From Takakia lepidozioides (Eukaryota > Plantae > Bryophyta): DNA of 64,000 nt. Below, piece after piece: positions 36,201 through 48,487 of this stretch. The stretch lies in NCBI GenBank assembly GCA_030704615.1, contig CM060732.1:49662001-49726000 (forward strand). The letters are read 5' to 3'. Made by a program: the position numbers and the translations under genes. Under the pieces are notes generated by a model that was not told the origin of the DNA, ran no database searches, and saw only the letters and a list, made by a program, of their open reading frames with translations. How positions within the stretch are numbered: the first letter of the stretch is position 1; each line of letters opens with the position of its first letter.

Positions 36201-39200
36201 CGTAACGGACTTTCTACTGCTTTCCTATTACCAATGAACCCAGATGAGGTGGACATCACATCCAGACATGACCGCAACAGACTCATTCGGAGAGAGCTTA
36301 TGGAATTACATGTCAAGAGAACTTGGATGCTACCCAATCTCACAACAAAGCTCCACTTCTATCGAGAGACATTCTTGGTGCTCCGCGATGATAGAATCTT
36401 GAGACCAAATTACCTTTCAGCACCCTTATCTCCTTCCCTCTTGAGGGCATTGAGGCAGTTCAGGGTGGGTTCCCACAACCTACGGATAGAGACTGGCAGA
36501 TGGGAAAACCTGCAACAGGAGGAGCGCCTATGTCCAGCTTGCATAGGGCACAGCAAGGAAATTGAAACTGAAGAACACTTCTTCTTCTACTGCCCTCTAT
36601 TGTGCATGAGCACTATTGTGATATCAAGTTTAGTGACATAGACACCAGGTGGGCTGAATCTGCACAAAGTCTGGCTCCAGGAGGGTTAGTATCCTATGTG
36701 GGCGATGGCCATCATGGCCAATTTTGCAGGGAAGGGTCAAGAGGACATTCTGTCCATCCAAACCGGACCCAAGGTCTATGTCCATGAATGCATGAAGTCT
36801 AAAGCAAGTGAGACCTAGCACTGTTTTCTCTTTTTTTATGTTCTACCCTTTCCCATGGTTCTCTGTGGATGTGATAAAGTTTCTTCATAAAGCTCTTTGG
36901 GCTTTCCGTGGATGGAGTGCCGTTGTATCATGTTTGCTGGAGTTGTTTCTTCTTGTTCTACTTGGTCCCCAGGGCCCTTGGGGCCCCTGTTTACATTACA
37001 TGGTAAATTTTCTTTCGTGGACATTATTAAGTACCATTTCATTTCATGTCATTTCATTTCTGTCCCTGTGTTCCGCTCAAATTGGGCACGGGGTCAATGG
37101 CCACAAGGCTACGGCAAACAACGTCTTATGAGTACATTCTCTTTTGGACAAATTATTTCTTCTCATCCCTGTCCCACAAGCAATATTGCAAGAATTGCTC
37201 AAATACACAACCTTCGTACAGGTTCTTGACATGTCTTGGGGTGTTGCGGATTCAAAACAACACTTTTGAGAATGGGCCATTGATTGCTTCTTCCTGTTCA
37301 GCACCTGCAACTCCACTTCCCTATCCCCTGACTGAGGAAAGAAGGCAGGGAAGGACCATAAACCCTGTGGCAAGCACATCAGATGCTGGACCAGACTCTC
37401 TCGAGGTTTGTCTTCTGGAACTGATTCCAATGTAGATTTACCATGTGTTGTACAAATGTCCTGCACACGTAATTAGATCAATGGTCACATAGAATGCATA
37501 TGTTTGTGCTTGAATACTCAGCACCGTTTTGCAACTAATGTGCTTGGAACTGAGCTCTTTAGTGGGTTCTTACACCTGTGGTTCCCCCTGGTATTGTGAA
37601 AAGCTTACCTGAGTGGAGAATAGGGGCTTGATGTACATCAATTGCAGGTTCTGCAGCTGGGAGGGAACAGTATATCTAGCATCGTCTCCTTGCACCTTTC
37701 TTTATTCTCCAAACTCAAGTATCTCTCTCTTCAGGACAACAAAATCACCAAGGCAAGTTTTGAGCTGACTCAAAAGTGCTGGTCATGCATCATTTGTTGC
37801 AACATTTATGTCTTTTTCTTGCTGTTCCTCATGAATCAATGTTAGTTGTGCAGAGGTACTAGACAACAAGATAACAAGTGGGGAAAATTAGACTTCCACT
37901 TTGCTTGCCTGAGTGGTCTGATGTGCTAGAAGCTCTCCACTAAGTATGACTCGTTAGAAAAGAAAGCTTGCATTGTTGAGGAGACTATCATAATCCACAC
38001 TCGTAAAATCAAGATTGTTTAATACGGTCATTTTCCGTAGGCTAAAAGTGAGAAGGGTTTACTGGTTCCCATGCAGCAGTGGCAAAAGTTATAATTGACC
38101 GCCTTACAGCTGCACAGAAATCGAGCTCATTAACACTACCATCTCACAAATCTTCCCAGCAGCCTTTCACCACCTTCTGGATAATCCTCTACTGAACAGG
38201 AACGCTTTGGATGATATGACCAGAAGGTGTTGCATTTGTTCACATAAATCCTTCCACAGAGTTTGACCATGCAATGATGAGTCAATCCTTGTCCAATCGT
38301 TATTTTCAATGTGGCTTGGATTGGGGCAACCCACTTGTTGGATGTCTAATTACAACTTGTTTGTCAAGTGGTTTTATGTGCACATGCAGGTAGACGGCTT
38401 GGAAGGGCTTTGCTGTCTTGAGCAGCTGTTTTTGAATCACAACAGTATCAAAGAGCTAGAGCTCCTCTCCTTAACAGGTCTCAATAACTTGCGGTTGCTG
38501 CACATGCCTGATAATGGCCTGAAAACACTGACCCATTTAGGGGTTCTATCTGCACTGGAGAGTCTGGACCTCACTTCTAACCACCTCACTCCAAACCGAC
38601 TCGGCGGCCTTTCTAGCATTGATAATTTGTCTGTACTTCCGCGATTGATGAAGCTCTGGTTGACCAACAATCCGGTGCTTCCCTTTCATCCATCCTTTCT
38701 CTTATCTCCTGACAGTCTCTTGAGACCTAATGAATACTCTTCCTGAGATGGTTGATGAGAGTTATAACTACTGTTGCAAGTGATCTAGAAAAGTATGGCT
38801 GAGCCAGATTACTTCCTACAACCAAGACTGATACTGGCCAATCTCTTCATGGGGTGGAATACAGATGAGCAGGCAGAACCAGTATCGCATTGCAGTGATC
38901 AGCAGGCTTGAGCATCTTCAGCAACTGGATGGTCGGGATGTCACTGAGGTTTGTCAGTTCTATCACCGAGTACTTGAGGGGTCAAAAGGTGGAAGGTACC
39001 GTGCTGCATGCTTGTTGATAGATCTTGCTTTTCGAGATATATTACCATTCCACATGTTAATAATGGCAATTCCTACAGCCCATAACCACCCACCCAATCC
39101 TCGTGTGTCCTTAAAGTGAGGTTGGATGGGTTTACAATCACTAGACAGCAGGCTGCTGATACAGCTCTGCTAATGTAGCTCTGAGCTATTACAAGATCAC

Positions 39201-40301
39201 GCACTCATCTGAGTAGTCCTGTGGGAAGAGCCAAGCCCAGCAGACGACTCAAATAGGACCACAGATTTCGGCGTGTCTCTCCAATAGAGTGCATTGGGAG
39301 TATTTTTGAGCTTTCAAAGAGCATCAGACGTTCAGAACCTACATTCATTACTATGCTGAGAAATGTTGACTATCTTGTACCTCACCCCATGAACCAAACA
39401 TATGGGGTTCTTTTCCCAGTGGAAAAGGGAGAAAGGAAATGAAAGGAAGTTAATAGTTCAGCAATTGACAGAGCGTATTGCCCACAGCCCATCGATGGGC
39501 CAGTAGACAGATGTGCATTTACTTGAAGCAGAACCCAGGGAGAGAAAGTGAACAACAAAAACACATTTTTACATCTACAGGAAGCCTGAAGACCTCAAAA
39601 CTTTCTAAAACCCCAGGAAGCAATGAAACCATAAACACTGAACGAAGAGGAGAGCGTGAGAGATGGCATGCATCCCACAAGGATCTAAGATGTGACATTG
39701 GCTGTCTCCTAAAGAAAATGAATAGTCAATGTACGAACATAAGAGAATCCTGTGCTAAATCTACGCTGTACTTGAGTTGCAGGACGAGCGAGTAGAAGCA
39801 GAGGCATATTTGGTGGGGGGGAAGGAACCCACCACAGTGGTTTTGGATCCCAACAGTCTTCTTGACAACTGTCCCAATCCCTTGATGGTGGGGGGACATG
39901 TCAAAATCCCCCTCAAGGTTACCTCTTTGAATTTTGATGCACTATGCAGCTCCCAACCTTCAGCTAACTTGCAGAGCAACGGGACAAGAGGCATCCATAG
40001 CCACAGCCACGGGGGTCAGGCAAGTTCACACTCTCATGGCAGTGGTCAGGTGTCTTTTCAAGCCAGGCATTGTGATCTATCGGATTCCAAGCTCACGCCC
40101 ATCAGTAACACTGTGTACCACTGCACAGAGGTCGGGCCGCTTTTCCAAAAGAAGAATTGCAAGGGGGGAAACAAGGTGTTTGTGGTGCCATTCCAAACCT
40201 TCTTGAAAAACATCAGCCCTGTCAAAGAGCGAACTCATTTAGGTGTCTGTGAGACAGGCCAGAAGAAGACCTATTTCATGAAAAGCTACCTCTGTTCATG
40301 A
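27295..40301 (+). CDS. LRRC9: Leucine-rich repeat-containing protein 9 orthologue (cilium/flagellum-associated), probably disrupted
   Basis: Phase-consistent exons 27295-27322, 28489-28723, 30354-30621, 31101-31199, 31615-31817, 32130-32425, ~32656-32882, 33694-33922, 34376-34842, 34961-35083, 35223-35344, 37222-37405, 37648-37752, 38390-38674, 38865-38948 and 39783-(40301, 3' end uncertain). Signature matches: IEMFLYNFP...FFPNLVSL, SFKEIGNL...DPQW...NY...HYNMCIK, VELDTG, WSVFDVSLVVPEYLVEFEY, GRLTRE...GH, RLEHLQQLDG...ERVEAE. In-frame TAA at 35235-35237. Confidence 0.88.
28965..30185 (+). mobile_element. Cluster of truncated LINE 3' ends in a LRRC9 intron
   Basis: At least four ...AAAGCACCATTTCATTTC-type tails (~28990, 29120, 29905, 30165). 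The segment 29950-30080 is homologous to LINE ORF2 sequence at 36455-36600. A second-family 3' end lies at ~29492. Confidence 0.75.
32535..32662 (-). mobile_element. Truncated LINE 3' end, antisense to LRRC9
   Basis: Reverse complement reads CTCTCTGTGGATGTA...GAGCTTTCCGCGGCGTTATAAAGCACCATTTCATTTCATTTC, matching the tail of the LINE at 35668-37061. Confidence 0.8.
35668..37061 (+). mobile_element. 5'-truncated LINE (RTE-X/L2-like) with (CATTT)n tail
   Basis: ORF has RT C-terminal motifs VKSYRYLGL and LFDTVVSPATIYGCEFW, and a zinc-binding C-terminus FRVGSHNLRIETGRW...RLCPAC...ETEEHFFFYC. The 3' UTR ends in CATTTCATTTC repeats. Confidence 0.88.
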
Positions 40302-40940
40302 CATAACTTGGATGTCTGCTGTTTCATGTCTGATGTTTCAGTCTAGGGCTTGCATTACACACCATTTTCCTCGGATGGAGTCTGGAATGCACATTCAAGC
40401 TTGTATGCCTTCTCTACATGAGGATGTAATTAAATTAGGCTCAAGAAAGTTGCAGAAAGTCGAGACGCACATATTCTTAAGAGTGCCAAGGAGTGTTATC
40501 CAGTCAAAAATGCTCAAATACTCTGAAGAGTCTACAGAAAAGGGGACATACACCACTTTTGCCCTTCGAGAAAAGGGACGGGAGAACTTATAGAGCCAGT
40601 TGCACAGGTGAGGCAGCAATCCATGGTTGTTACCCTCTCTGCCTGGAGGTGTGCACTAGGCCAACCATTTCTGTCACACAAAGCTCTCTGTGCTTTCTCT
40701 GGACACAACAACATATTTGTCTTTCTTTCTCTTTCACACACATACACCCACAAACCTAGGTGGCTTCCAAGAAGTGCAGCTTCCACTCTGCAGAGTGATT
40801 TTACTGATGGTAGTGGAGCCCCTTCTCTTAAAGAAAAAAAAAGAAACCCTTCTGCTGTATTCATATCCTCCACAACTGACTTAACATCTCCTATGCATCG
40901 GTCCCTCATTCTTAGGTCAAAATTGGGTATGCAAGCAGTC

Positions 40941-41921
40941 TTATTCACTGCGTTGTCTCTTGGACACCTTTGTGGGCGTGTATTCCCCACTAATTGGTAC
41001 GCTGTTAGCAGTGGCAGCAAACCTCGCAACAGCTGCCTCTCTTCGTTCGCGCTTCAACCCCTTCATTTTGCTCAAGGCCATTTCTCCAACCTCTTGCTTG
41101 GGCATGTAGATTCGCCCAACCTTTCCAGCCAACGGATCTCCGTTCACATTCTTTACCTTCTTCTTGGTAGTCTTAGACACCGTTCGCATGGCCTCTTTTC
41201 TGAGGCCATCACTGGGCTCCCGGTGACGGCGGATTACCAAGTCCATTGAAGGACCCACCTCGACCAGCTCAATGCGAGGAACCTTGGTGCCTGATTTCTT
41301 CAGGTGGATGCCACAATGCCTGAACAATACTTTGTCACCTGCTGCAGTGCATACGAAGACACGATCCAACCCTGCTAGATTTATAGTTTCCACTACCTCG
41401 CCCCGGAAAAAATCCAACAACAACTCCTTAAGATGCCGGAACTCATCCTTTGTCTCAAATGCTTCCCCTACAAAAGCAAAGCAGGGCTTTGAACCTTCTT
41501 GCGGCGCTGCTTTCTTTCCCGCGCCCAGCGTATCAATGGCCTTATACCGCTCGACACCGACCTCTACCATGTCAAATACATGGTGATCGAACATTCGCCC
41601 GAACACCAGATTGTCTGGCCGCTTCTTTGAGTGGGATCCAAACACAAACAGGCTGCAATCCGTCTTCTGAGATAAAAACTCCAAAGATGTCTCACCTCCA
41701 CCTTCAAACGGCCGCACGCTGTCATTCTTCTTCGTGTACTTGATAGCCTTTCCGCCCGCCTTCTTCAAGTGGAACAGATCCCCCAGCACCCCCTTCAACA
41801 CGTTGGACGTTTTGGTTCCATGCAAAAGCAGCAGCTTCTTGGTATTCTCCTCAAGCTTTGGTGCTCGCTTCTCAAGCTCGCGCTTGGACCGCTTCGTCTT
41901 GGGCTTCACAATTCGCAGCAT
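40941..41921 (-). CDS. RPF2: Ribosome production factor 2 (Brix domain), intronless
   Basis: Complete 326-aa ORF: KRELEKRAPKLEENTKK, FVFGSHSKKRPDNLVFGRMFD, LLDFFRGE, PRIELVEVGPSMD, KMKGLK. Confidence 0.95.
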   Translation of the reverse strand: MLRIVKPKTKRSKRELEKRAPKLEENTKKLLLLHGTKTSNVLKGVLGDLFHLKKAGGKAIKYTKKNDSVRPFEGGGETSLEFLSQKTDCSLFVFGSHSKKRPDNLVFGRMFDHHVFDMVEVGVERYKAIDTLGAGKKAAPQEGSKPCFAFVGEAFETKDEFRHLKELLLDFFRGEVVETINLAGLDRVFVCTAAGDKVLFRHCGIHLKKSGTKVPRIELVEVGPSMDLVIRRHREPSDGLRKEAMRTVSKTTKKKVKNVNGDPLAGKVGRIYMPKQEVGEMALSKMKGLKRERREAAVARFAATANSVPISGEYTPTKVSKRQRSE

Positions 41922-42295
41922 CGCTCCAGTCCGATCCTCGCCTTCTCTTCTCTCTCTCTCCTCTCTCTCTCTCTCTCTTTCTCGTTAGGTCGTTCACGAT
42001 GGCGCTCCTCCGGCGACTGCCTACAGAATCTTTCCAAGAATATTCTTATTCTGTTCCGGCACCGGACCAATTTTAGAGAGAGAGGGAGGTGAAAAAAATT
42101 GAACACGGTTGCCGAAGCAAGCTTAGTAACTATGGTCACTGTCACTTGCCCTGGATGACTTTTGTATAAATGGAGACGTTTGTTTGTTTTGTTTTGTAGC
42201 GTTGAGATGTCCGTCGACGGAATGAACTTCTCGTCATCCCCCTTGAACGAAGCCGAAGACAAATGCATGTTTGAAAGATCGTTGGAGCTTTGGTG

Positions 42296-45200
42296 ATGGT
42301 GCTTGGGTGTGCCACCAAGTTCTGGTCGAGGTCACGCACAACCTGGCGATGGTGTAGGTTATGGTGAACCGACAGATTCTGGTGAAATACTTTCTGTGGA
42401 GGAATGTGACTAGCATCAGCAATCAGCCTGAAAAATGGGTGTGGCTAGAAGCCCCTCCAGTAACTTCTGCACCATCTGTAATTTTCTAGGCTATGTTTGT
42501 CGTAGAAAAAGAGCCAGAAATGACTTGCAGGCGTGTTTTTCAAAGCCACAAAGGCAATGGGAAGCTGGAAAAATTCTCATGCTTTTGCAGTACTTCATGC
42601 AGGTAAAGCTAGGAGCAAGCAATGGCCTTGGCAGGAGTTTTCTGATCCTTCACAGTGGCGGGACACCGGATTTAATGAGGTGAAGCTGTTTTTAATTTGA
42701 GCGTGAAAGAAGGGTTGTATCTCCTGTTGCTTGAATATAAAACAACAAAAGCAGTCCTCATTGTTGCTAATCATTCGGTTGTCAAGGTTGTTAGTTGTTG
42801 GTAAATGCACACACGGGGTCGGCTGTTTGAACCGTCCTTGGAAGCACATTTACTGACTCTGATACACGGTCATGGACAATCTAATGGTGATTCTAACGTC
42901 AATGTACAGCTGGAGGGAATACAGTATTCAATTGAAGATTAGTGAGGGATTCGGACTCAAACATATTATACTGGCGCTGTTGACTGCACTGGTCTTCTAA
43001 CCGTGTCAATTGTGTAGCAAGGAAATTGTCGCTCTGAAGAGATTTGTCTTAGGGGTGGATGTCTTTGAGATATCTGTTTGAGTTGGAGTGAAAGATTTTT
43101 AACTGAGAACTCTGAGTCGTGCAGGACTGCAGGGTTGAATCAAGCACACCTGGTTGGATCAACCATCTCCACCATAACCACCACTTGTGAAAGACGACCA
43201 AGAAAGGGAGTCAACAACAACTCTTCTGGCACCTGTATGGATGTGAGGAGATTATGCAAGGAAGGGCAACTAAAAGAGGCACTGCAATTTTTGAACCAGA
43301 AAGGCATTTTGGCAGACTCCATTACGTATGTCTCTCTCTTGCTCCTATGCATCAAGATGAAAGGCCTAGCAGAGGGAAAGCAGGTGCACACCCACATTAT
43401 ATGGAGTGGCTTCAAGCCAAACATCTTTCTATTCAACACCCTTATCAACATGTATGCCAAGTGTGGGAGCATGGTGGATGCACATCAAGTATTTGACAAA
43501 ATGCAAAAACGAGATGTGTTTACTTGGAATACACTGATAGCAGGATATGCCAAGCATGGTTGTTGTAGGGAGGCTTTTGAGATCTATGAGCAAATGCTAG
43601 AGGAAGGGGTGATGCCTGACAGGGTCACATTCATTTGCATTCTCAATGCATGTTCAACGCCACTGGCACTGGAAAAGGGCATAGAGGTTCATGCTGACAT
43701 CCGCAAAGCCAAACTTGCCCCAGACATCATTTTGGAGACTGCCCTTGTTGCCATGTATGCCAAATGCGGGAGTATAAAGCATGCGTGCAAAGTATTCAAC
43801 AATATGGCCAAAAGAAATGTGATCTCATGGAATGTGATGATCACAGGATATGCTCAGCATGGGTTTGGTATGGAAGCTTTAATGACTTACGAGCAAATGA
43901 TACGGGACCAGGTTACCCCCAACAGGGTCACATTTATTTGCATTCTCAGGGCATGTGCTAGCCTGAAAGCCCTGGAAAAGGGCAGAGAGTTTCATTATGA
44001 CATTATCAAAGCTCGAATTACACCAGATCTCATTTTGGAGACTGCCCTTGCTGACATGTATGCCAAATGTGGGAGTGTGAAGGATGCACGTCAAGTATTT
44101 GACAACATGCCTCAACGAAATGTGGTGTCATGGAATGCCATGATTGCAGGATATGCTCAGCATGAGTTTGGTAGGGAGGCTCTCGAGCTCTACAAGCAAA
44201 TGATATCGGAACGGGTGACGCCCAACAACATCACTTTCATTTGCTGTATCAAGGCATGTGCCAGCCTGGCTGTTCTGGAGAAGGGCAAAGAGCTCCATGC
44301 TGACATTATCAAAGCTGGAATTGCATCAGATGCTACTCTGCAGACGGCGATTGCTGACATGTATGCGAAATGTGGGAGCATGAAGAAAGCGCGTAAAGTA
44401 TTCGAGAGTATGGCTGAACGGAATGTGGTCTCATGGAACGTCATGATAACAGGATATGCTCAGCATCGGTGTTTTAGGGAGGCTTTTGAGATCTATGAGC
44501 AGATGATACAAGAGAAGGTGATGCCCAACAAGGTCACATTTATTTGTATTCTCAATGCATGTGCTGGTTTGGCAACCCTGGAAAAGGGTATCAAGGTCCA
44601 TGCTGACATCAGTAAAGCTGGGATCACAGCTGATATCATTCTGGACAATGCACTTGTTGCGATGTATGCCAAATGCAGCAGCATGAAGGATGCACATAGA
44701 GTTTTTGACAAAATGGACAAACACAATGTGGTGTCATGGAGTGTGATGATTGCAGGATATGCTCAACATGGGTGTGGAATGGAGGCTTTCGAGACCTATG
44801 AGCAAATGTTACGGGAAGGGGTGATGCCTGACAAAGTCACATTCATTTGTGTTGTCAATGCTTGTGCCTGTCTGGCAGCCCTTGAAAAGGGCATAGAGGT
44901 TCATGCCGAAATTAAAAAAGCTGGCATTGCCCCTGATATTATTCTGGACACTGCCCTTGTCGACATGTATTCCAAGTGTGGGAGCATGAAGGATGCCCGT
45001 CGGGTGCTTGACAATATGGCTCAACGGAATGTGGTTTCATGGAGTGCAATGATTGCAGGATTCGGTCAGCACGGGGGTGGTATAGCAGCCCTGCAACTAT
45101 TTGAAGAAATGCAGCAAGATGGCTTGAAGCCGGATGGTATCACCTTTATATGTCTTCTCTCTGCATGTAGCCATGTTGGCTTAGTGGATGAAGGCCATCA

Positions 45201-45952
45201 TTACTTTTATTCCATGAGTCGAGATTATGGCATCACTCCTACGGTGGAGCATTTTGGCTGCATGGTGGATCTTCTTGGCCGTGCAGGTCGATTGGATGAG
45301 GCAGAGGACTTCATTAACAGAATGCCAATTGAACCAGGTGGTTCGGTGTGGCGGGCCTTGCTTGGTGCCTGCAGGGTTCGTGGGGATGTGGAGCTAGCAG
45401 AACGCGTTGGAAAATGCCTCCTGGAGTTGGATCCACATGACGTTGCAACTTATGTGCTGCTCTCGAACATCTATGGTGCAGCTGGCAGGTGGGATGATCA
45501 AGCAAAGGTGAGGAACATGATGAAGGAGAGAGGTGTCAGAAAAGTGCCAGGGCGCAGCTGCATTGAGGTGCACAACCAGGTCCATACATTCGTTGTAGAA
45601 GACAGTGCATCCACAAATCGACAGAATCCATGCTGAGTTGAACAGATTATCTTGGATTATGAGAGAGGCTGGGTATGTGCCGGACACACGCTTTGTATTG
45701 CATGATGTGGAGGAGGAAACCAAGGAAATTTTTCTTTGCCACCACAGTGAGAAACTGGCCATTGCTTTTGGGCTGATCAGTACAGCCCCTGGAACCCCCC
45801 TCCGTCTTGTGAAGAACCTTCGGGTGTGTGGTGACTGCCATACTGCCACCAAGTTCATCTCAAGGATTGTGGCACGAGCAATTGTTGTACGGGATGCCAG
45901 CCGCTTTCATCACTTCAAAGACGGGTTTTGTTCATGTGGGGATTACTGGTGA
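42296..45952 (+). CDS. PLS-class PPR protein with E1-E2-DYW domains (organellar C-to-U editing factor), frameshifted before the DYW domain
   Basis: Inferred 5' exons 42296-42357 and 42531-42602 splice in phase to 43125. Six L-S-P triplets, L2, S2, E1, E2 and a PG box ([10 protein letters not shown]). After a frameshift at ~45604 comes an intact HHSEKLA...CGDCH...CSCGDYW. Confidence 0.93.
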
Positions 45953-46741
45953 AGCGATGAACATGCTGCAAAGAAATTGTGTGGCTTCAGACGTGAGGGT
46001 GGCCATGGCCCTCATTTTGAGAGCAAAGGATGTTCCTCTGGTAGCTCCTCTATTCCAAAGCTTTGTTCAGTTCTATCTGTTCCTAAAGACTATGTTCGTT
46101 GTTGTGTTGTTTTTGTCTGAATTGCTCTTCTTGTCCACATGGTATATCCTGTATTGTGGTGTCAAGTGTGGCCTTTGGTTAAGAGGTATGAGATCAACTG
46201 ATATAACTGATATATCAAGCTGATATAACTTACTGTCCAATGTTGCCGTGACTAAACAGTGGTTCACCAGCAAGAAGAGCGAATTGAAAGAGGAAAGCCA
46301 CCGCATCTTGCCAGTTACAGCTGGCCGCACTGCAGGGCGCTACCTAGTACGTAGTAAGTATGTCGTAATCATGAAGTTGATCTAAACATGTGTGGCATAG
46401 ATACACAAACTGTTTGCCACATCCCTGTGGAAGTGTCAGAATAAATCATTTCTTTGATTTCAACAAATTGCTTAGCATCTCGGTACTTAAATTCAAATCA
46501 GATCTTACCATTGGGACTACTTTGGAACCAATCTTTCTATCTAAGCAAAAACTAGACTAATCAATCCTACTTCAGTTACCAGTGGGGGCAAATTTCTGCC
46601 CCCCCCCCTTCTCTTTGTCATCTTTGTGCTTTAGTGATCAATTGTTTCTTTCTTTGTTCCTTTGCTTCTCTGGTCTGGTCTAAAATTTGTCAGTTGTATA
46701 CAGCTTGGAAGAGTATCAACTGCAACAAAGTGGTTAACTAC

Positions 46742-46840
46742 AAGGCCCAGCGCTGGTGCTTGGTCCCGTTGGAAAGCCTTCGACATGGAGAGGTGCATGG
46801 CTTGGTCTCACGATTTTTGGACCTACGGTGTGGGAGATCA
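46742..46840 (+). repeat. Helitron-family core fragment
   Basis: CTTGGTCCCGTTGGAAAGCC...TTTGGACCTACGGTGTGGGAG, homologous to 15350-15440. Confidence 0.65.
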
Positions 46841-46862
46841 CATGCTAATGTATGGTTGAAGT

Positions 46863-48230
46863 TGTTATGCACGCCGTGAGCCACAATCTCATTTCTTCAT
46901 GAAGACCACCTCCAATGATCCTCCCACATGTGCTCCAAGCTCTTCAATATTCTAGGCTTGGTTTCACATCATCATGGATAGAATTCTCTCACCCACATGC
47001 TTCCCTTTAGAGTCATCTTGAGCTTCTTGATGCTCTTCAAGTGGTTGCTTTTGTTGTCTTCAATCCCTAGCCTATGTAGCTCCTTGACTTTTCTTCCACA
47101 ACATGCACCACCTCATACACAAGGAATGAACTTGCTCACTTCACCTTCTAGCTCTCCTCAAGCTTGAATTGAAAGCCACACTTGGAAAGCATGCTCCACA
47201 CATGTGCCACTTGCTTGGTCAATCACTTGCTTCGCTAAGAGCAATTCAAGAACTCATAGAACTAACAAAAGCACTCTCTTCTAGCGTCGCCTTCGTTTGC
47301 TTGTTTGTCAACCAAATGAAACCCCACTTGGCTTCATTTCATCATGGATAGAACAACCACTTCTTAGCTTCTCTTGAGCTACTCAATGCTCCTCAAGCTA
47401 CCTTTGTTGTACTCCTTCTATGGTGTTTCCAACCCAAGCATGTGCCGCTCTTTGGCTTCTCTTTCACACCATGAACAAGTACTAGAGTTTGTTCTTGAAA
47501 CCCTAGTGTCTATCTTCTCCACACACAAGATGCTTCTCTTGTAATGCAAGAGCTCTTTTCTAAGCTCTCAAACCTTTAGTACACATACAAGCACTTACTT
47601 TGCAAAACCGTGCAAGTTTTGTGATACAAGAGCTCTCTTCTTAAGCTCTCCACCTCTACAAAGTCTTGTAACTCAAGAGCTCTCTCCTTGAGCTCTCCAC
47701 CTCTTTGATGCAATGCAAAAACACTCCTCCTAGCAACACCTTGCAAGCCTTGTGAGATACTTGAGCTTTCCTAGCTCTCTCTCTCCTTGGTGTACACCAA
47801 TACGAGTGCTAAAACTAACCCTTACACTCCGCACTCACAAGCATAAGGAGATCTTCTTGTAGTAATAACGGAAGTGAACACACAATGGAAACACTTCACT
47901 CATGAATCCACTCAATCACATAAACTAAGTCAAGCCAAGGGCACTTTAGCTAAAGGAATCTACCCTACAAAGCCCTCACCACACTCCCTCTCAATACCTA
48001 GAACTATAGAGGTGAGAGAGGCTCATGGAGGCTCAACTACAAGAAGATGTGCCATCCTCAACCCTCACAAGGGGAAAACCCATCCCCATGTCCCAAGTGA
48101 GGCTTGACACCTCACTTGGCATATGAGACCAAATGAAATCCCAACACACAAAATGCACATACAAATATCCAAAATATCTTAGTTAACTAAAAGTAGGTAA
48201 TTCTAGTTAACCATGACTAAAACCATGACA
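46863..48230. mobile_element. Probable solo LTR
   Basis: TGTTATG...CATGACA inverted termini around a non-coding, internally repetitive interior (CAAGAGCTCTC motifs). A related segment occurs inverted at ~50060-50160. No clean TSD. Confidence 0.5.
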
Positions 48231-48399
48231 GAGCGATAACTCACAAGTCAGCCCTTAATTAGAGTGAGGGGAGAAAATAACAGTCACCAAGCAAGAAGCT
48301 CTACAAGAAAAAATCATACCACACCCCACAGTGTAGCAAGATTTGAACCCAAAATCACTAAGGTGGCACTCATTGCTCTATCCAACTGAGGTAGTGGTA
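48231..48399 (-). mobile_element. tRNA-derived SINE
   Basis: Minus strand has TACCTCAGTTGGATAGAGC (A-box) and GGTTCAAATC (B-box); body homologous to 3865-4097. Confidence 0.75.
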
Positions 48400-48487
48400 T
48401 TCCTATTGTTTTCAGATAATTAGTTTGTATGTTGTATCAAGGTACTATGTTCACTCTTTAAGTTTTATTTCAACTCTTTTATCTTAA

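Noticed and set aside
40608-41249. 213-aa ORF antisense to RPF2, and similar shadow ORFs over ABHD17, the methyltransferase and the PPR gene
   Set aside because: No recognisable domains; explained by the codon structure of the real genes on the opposite strand.
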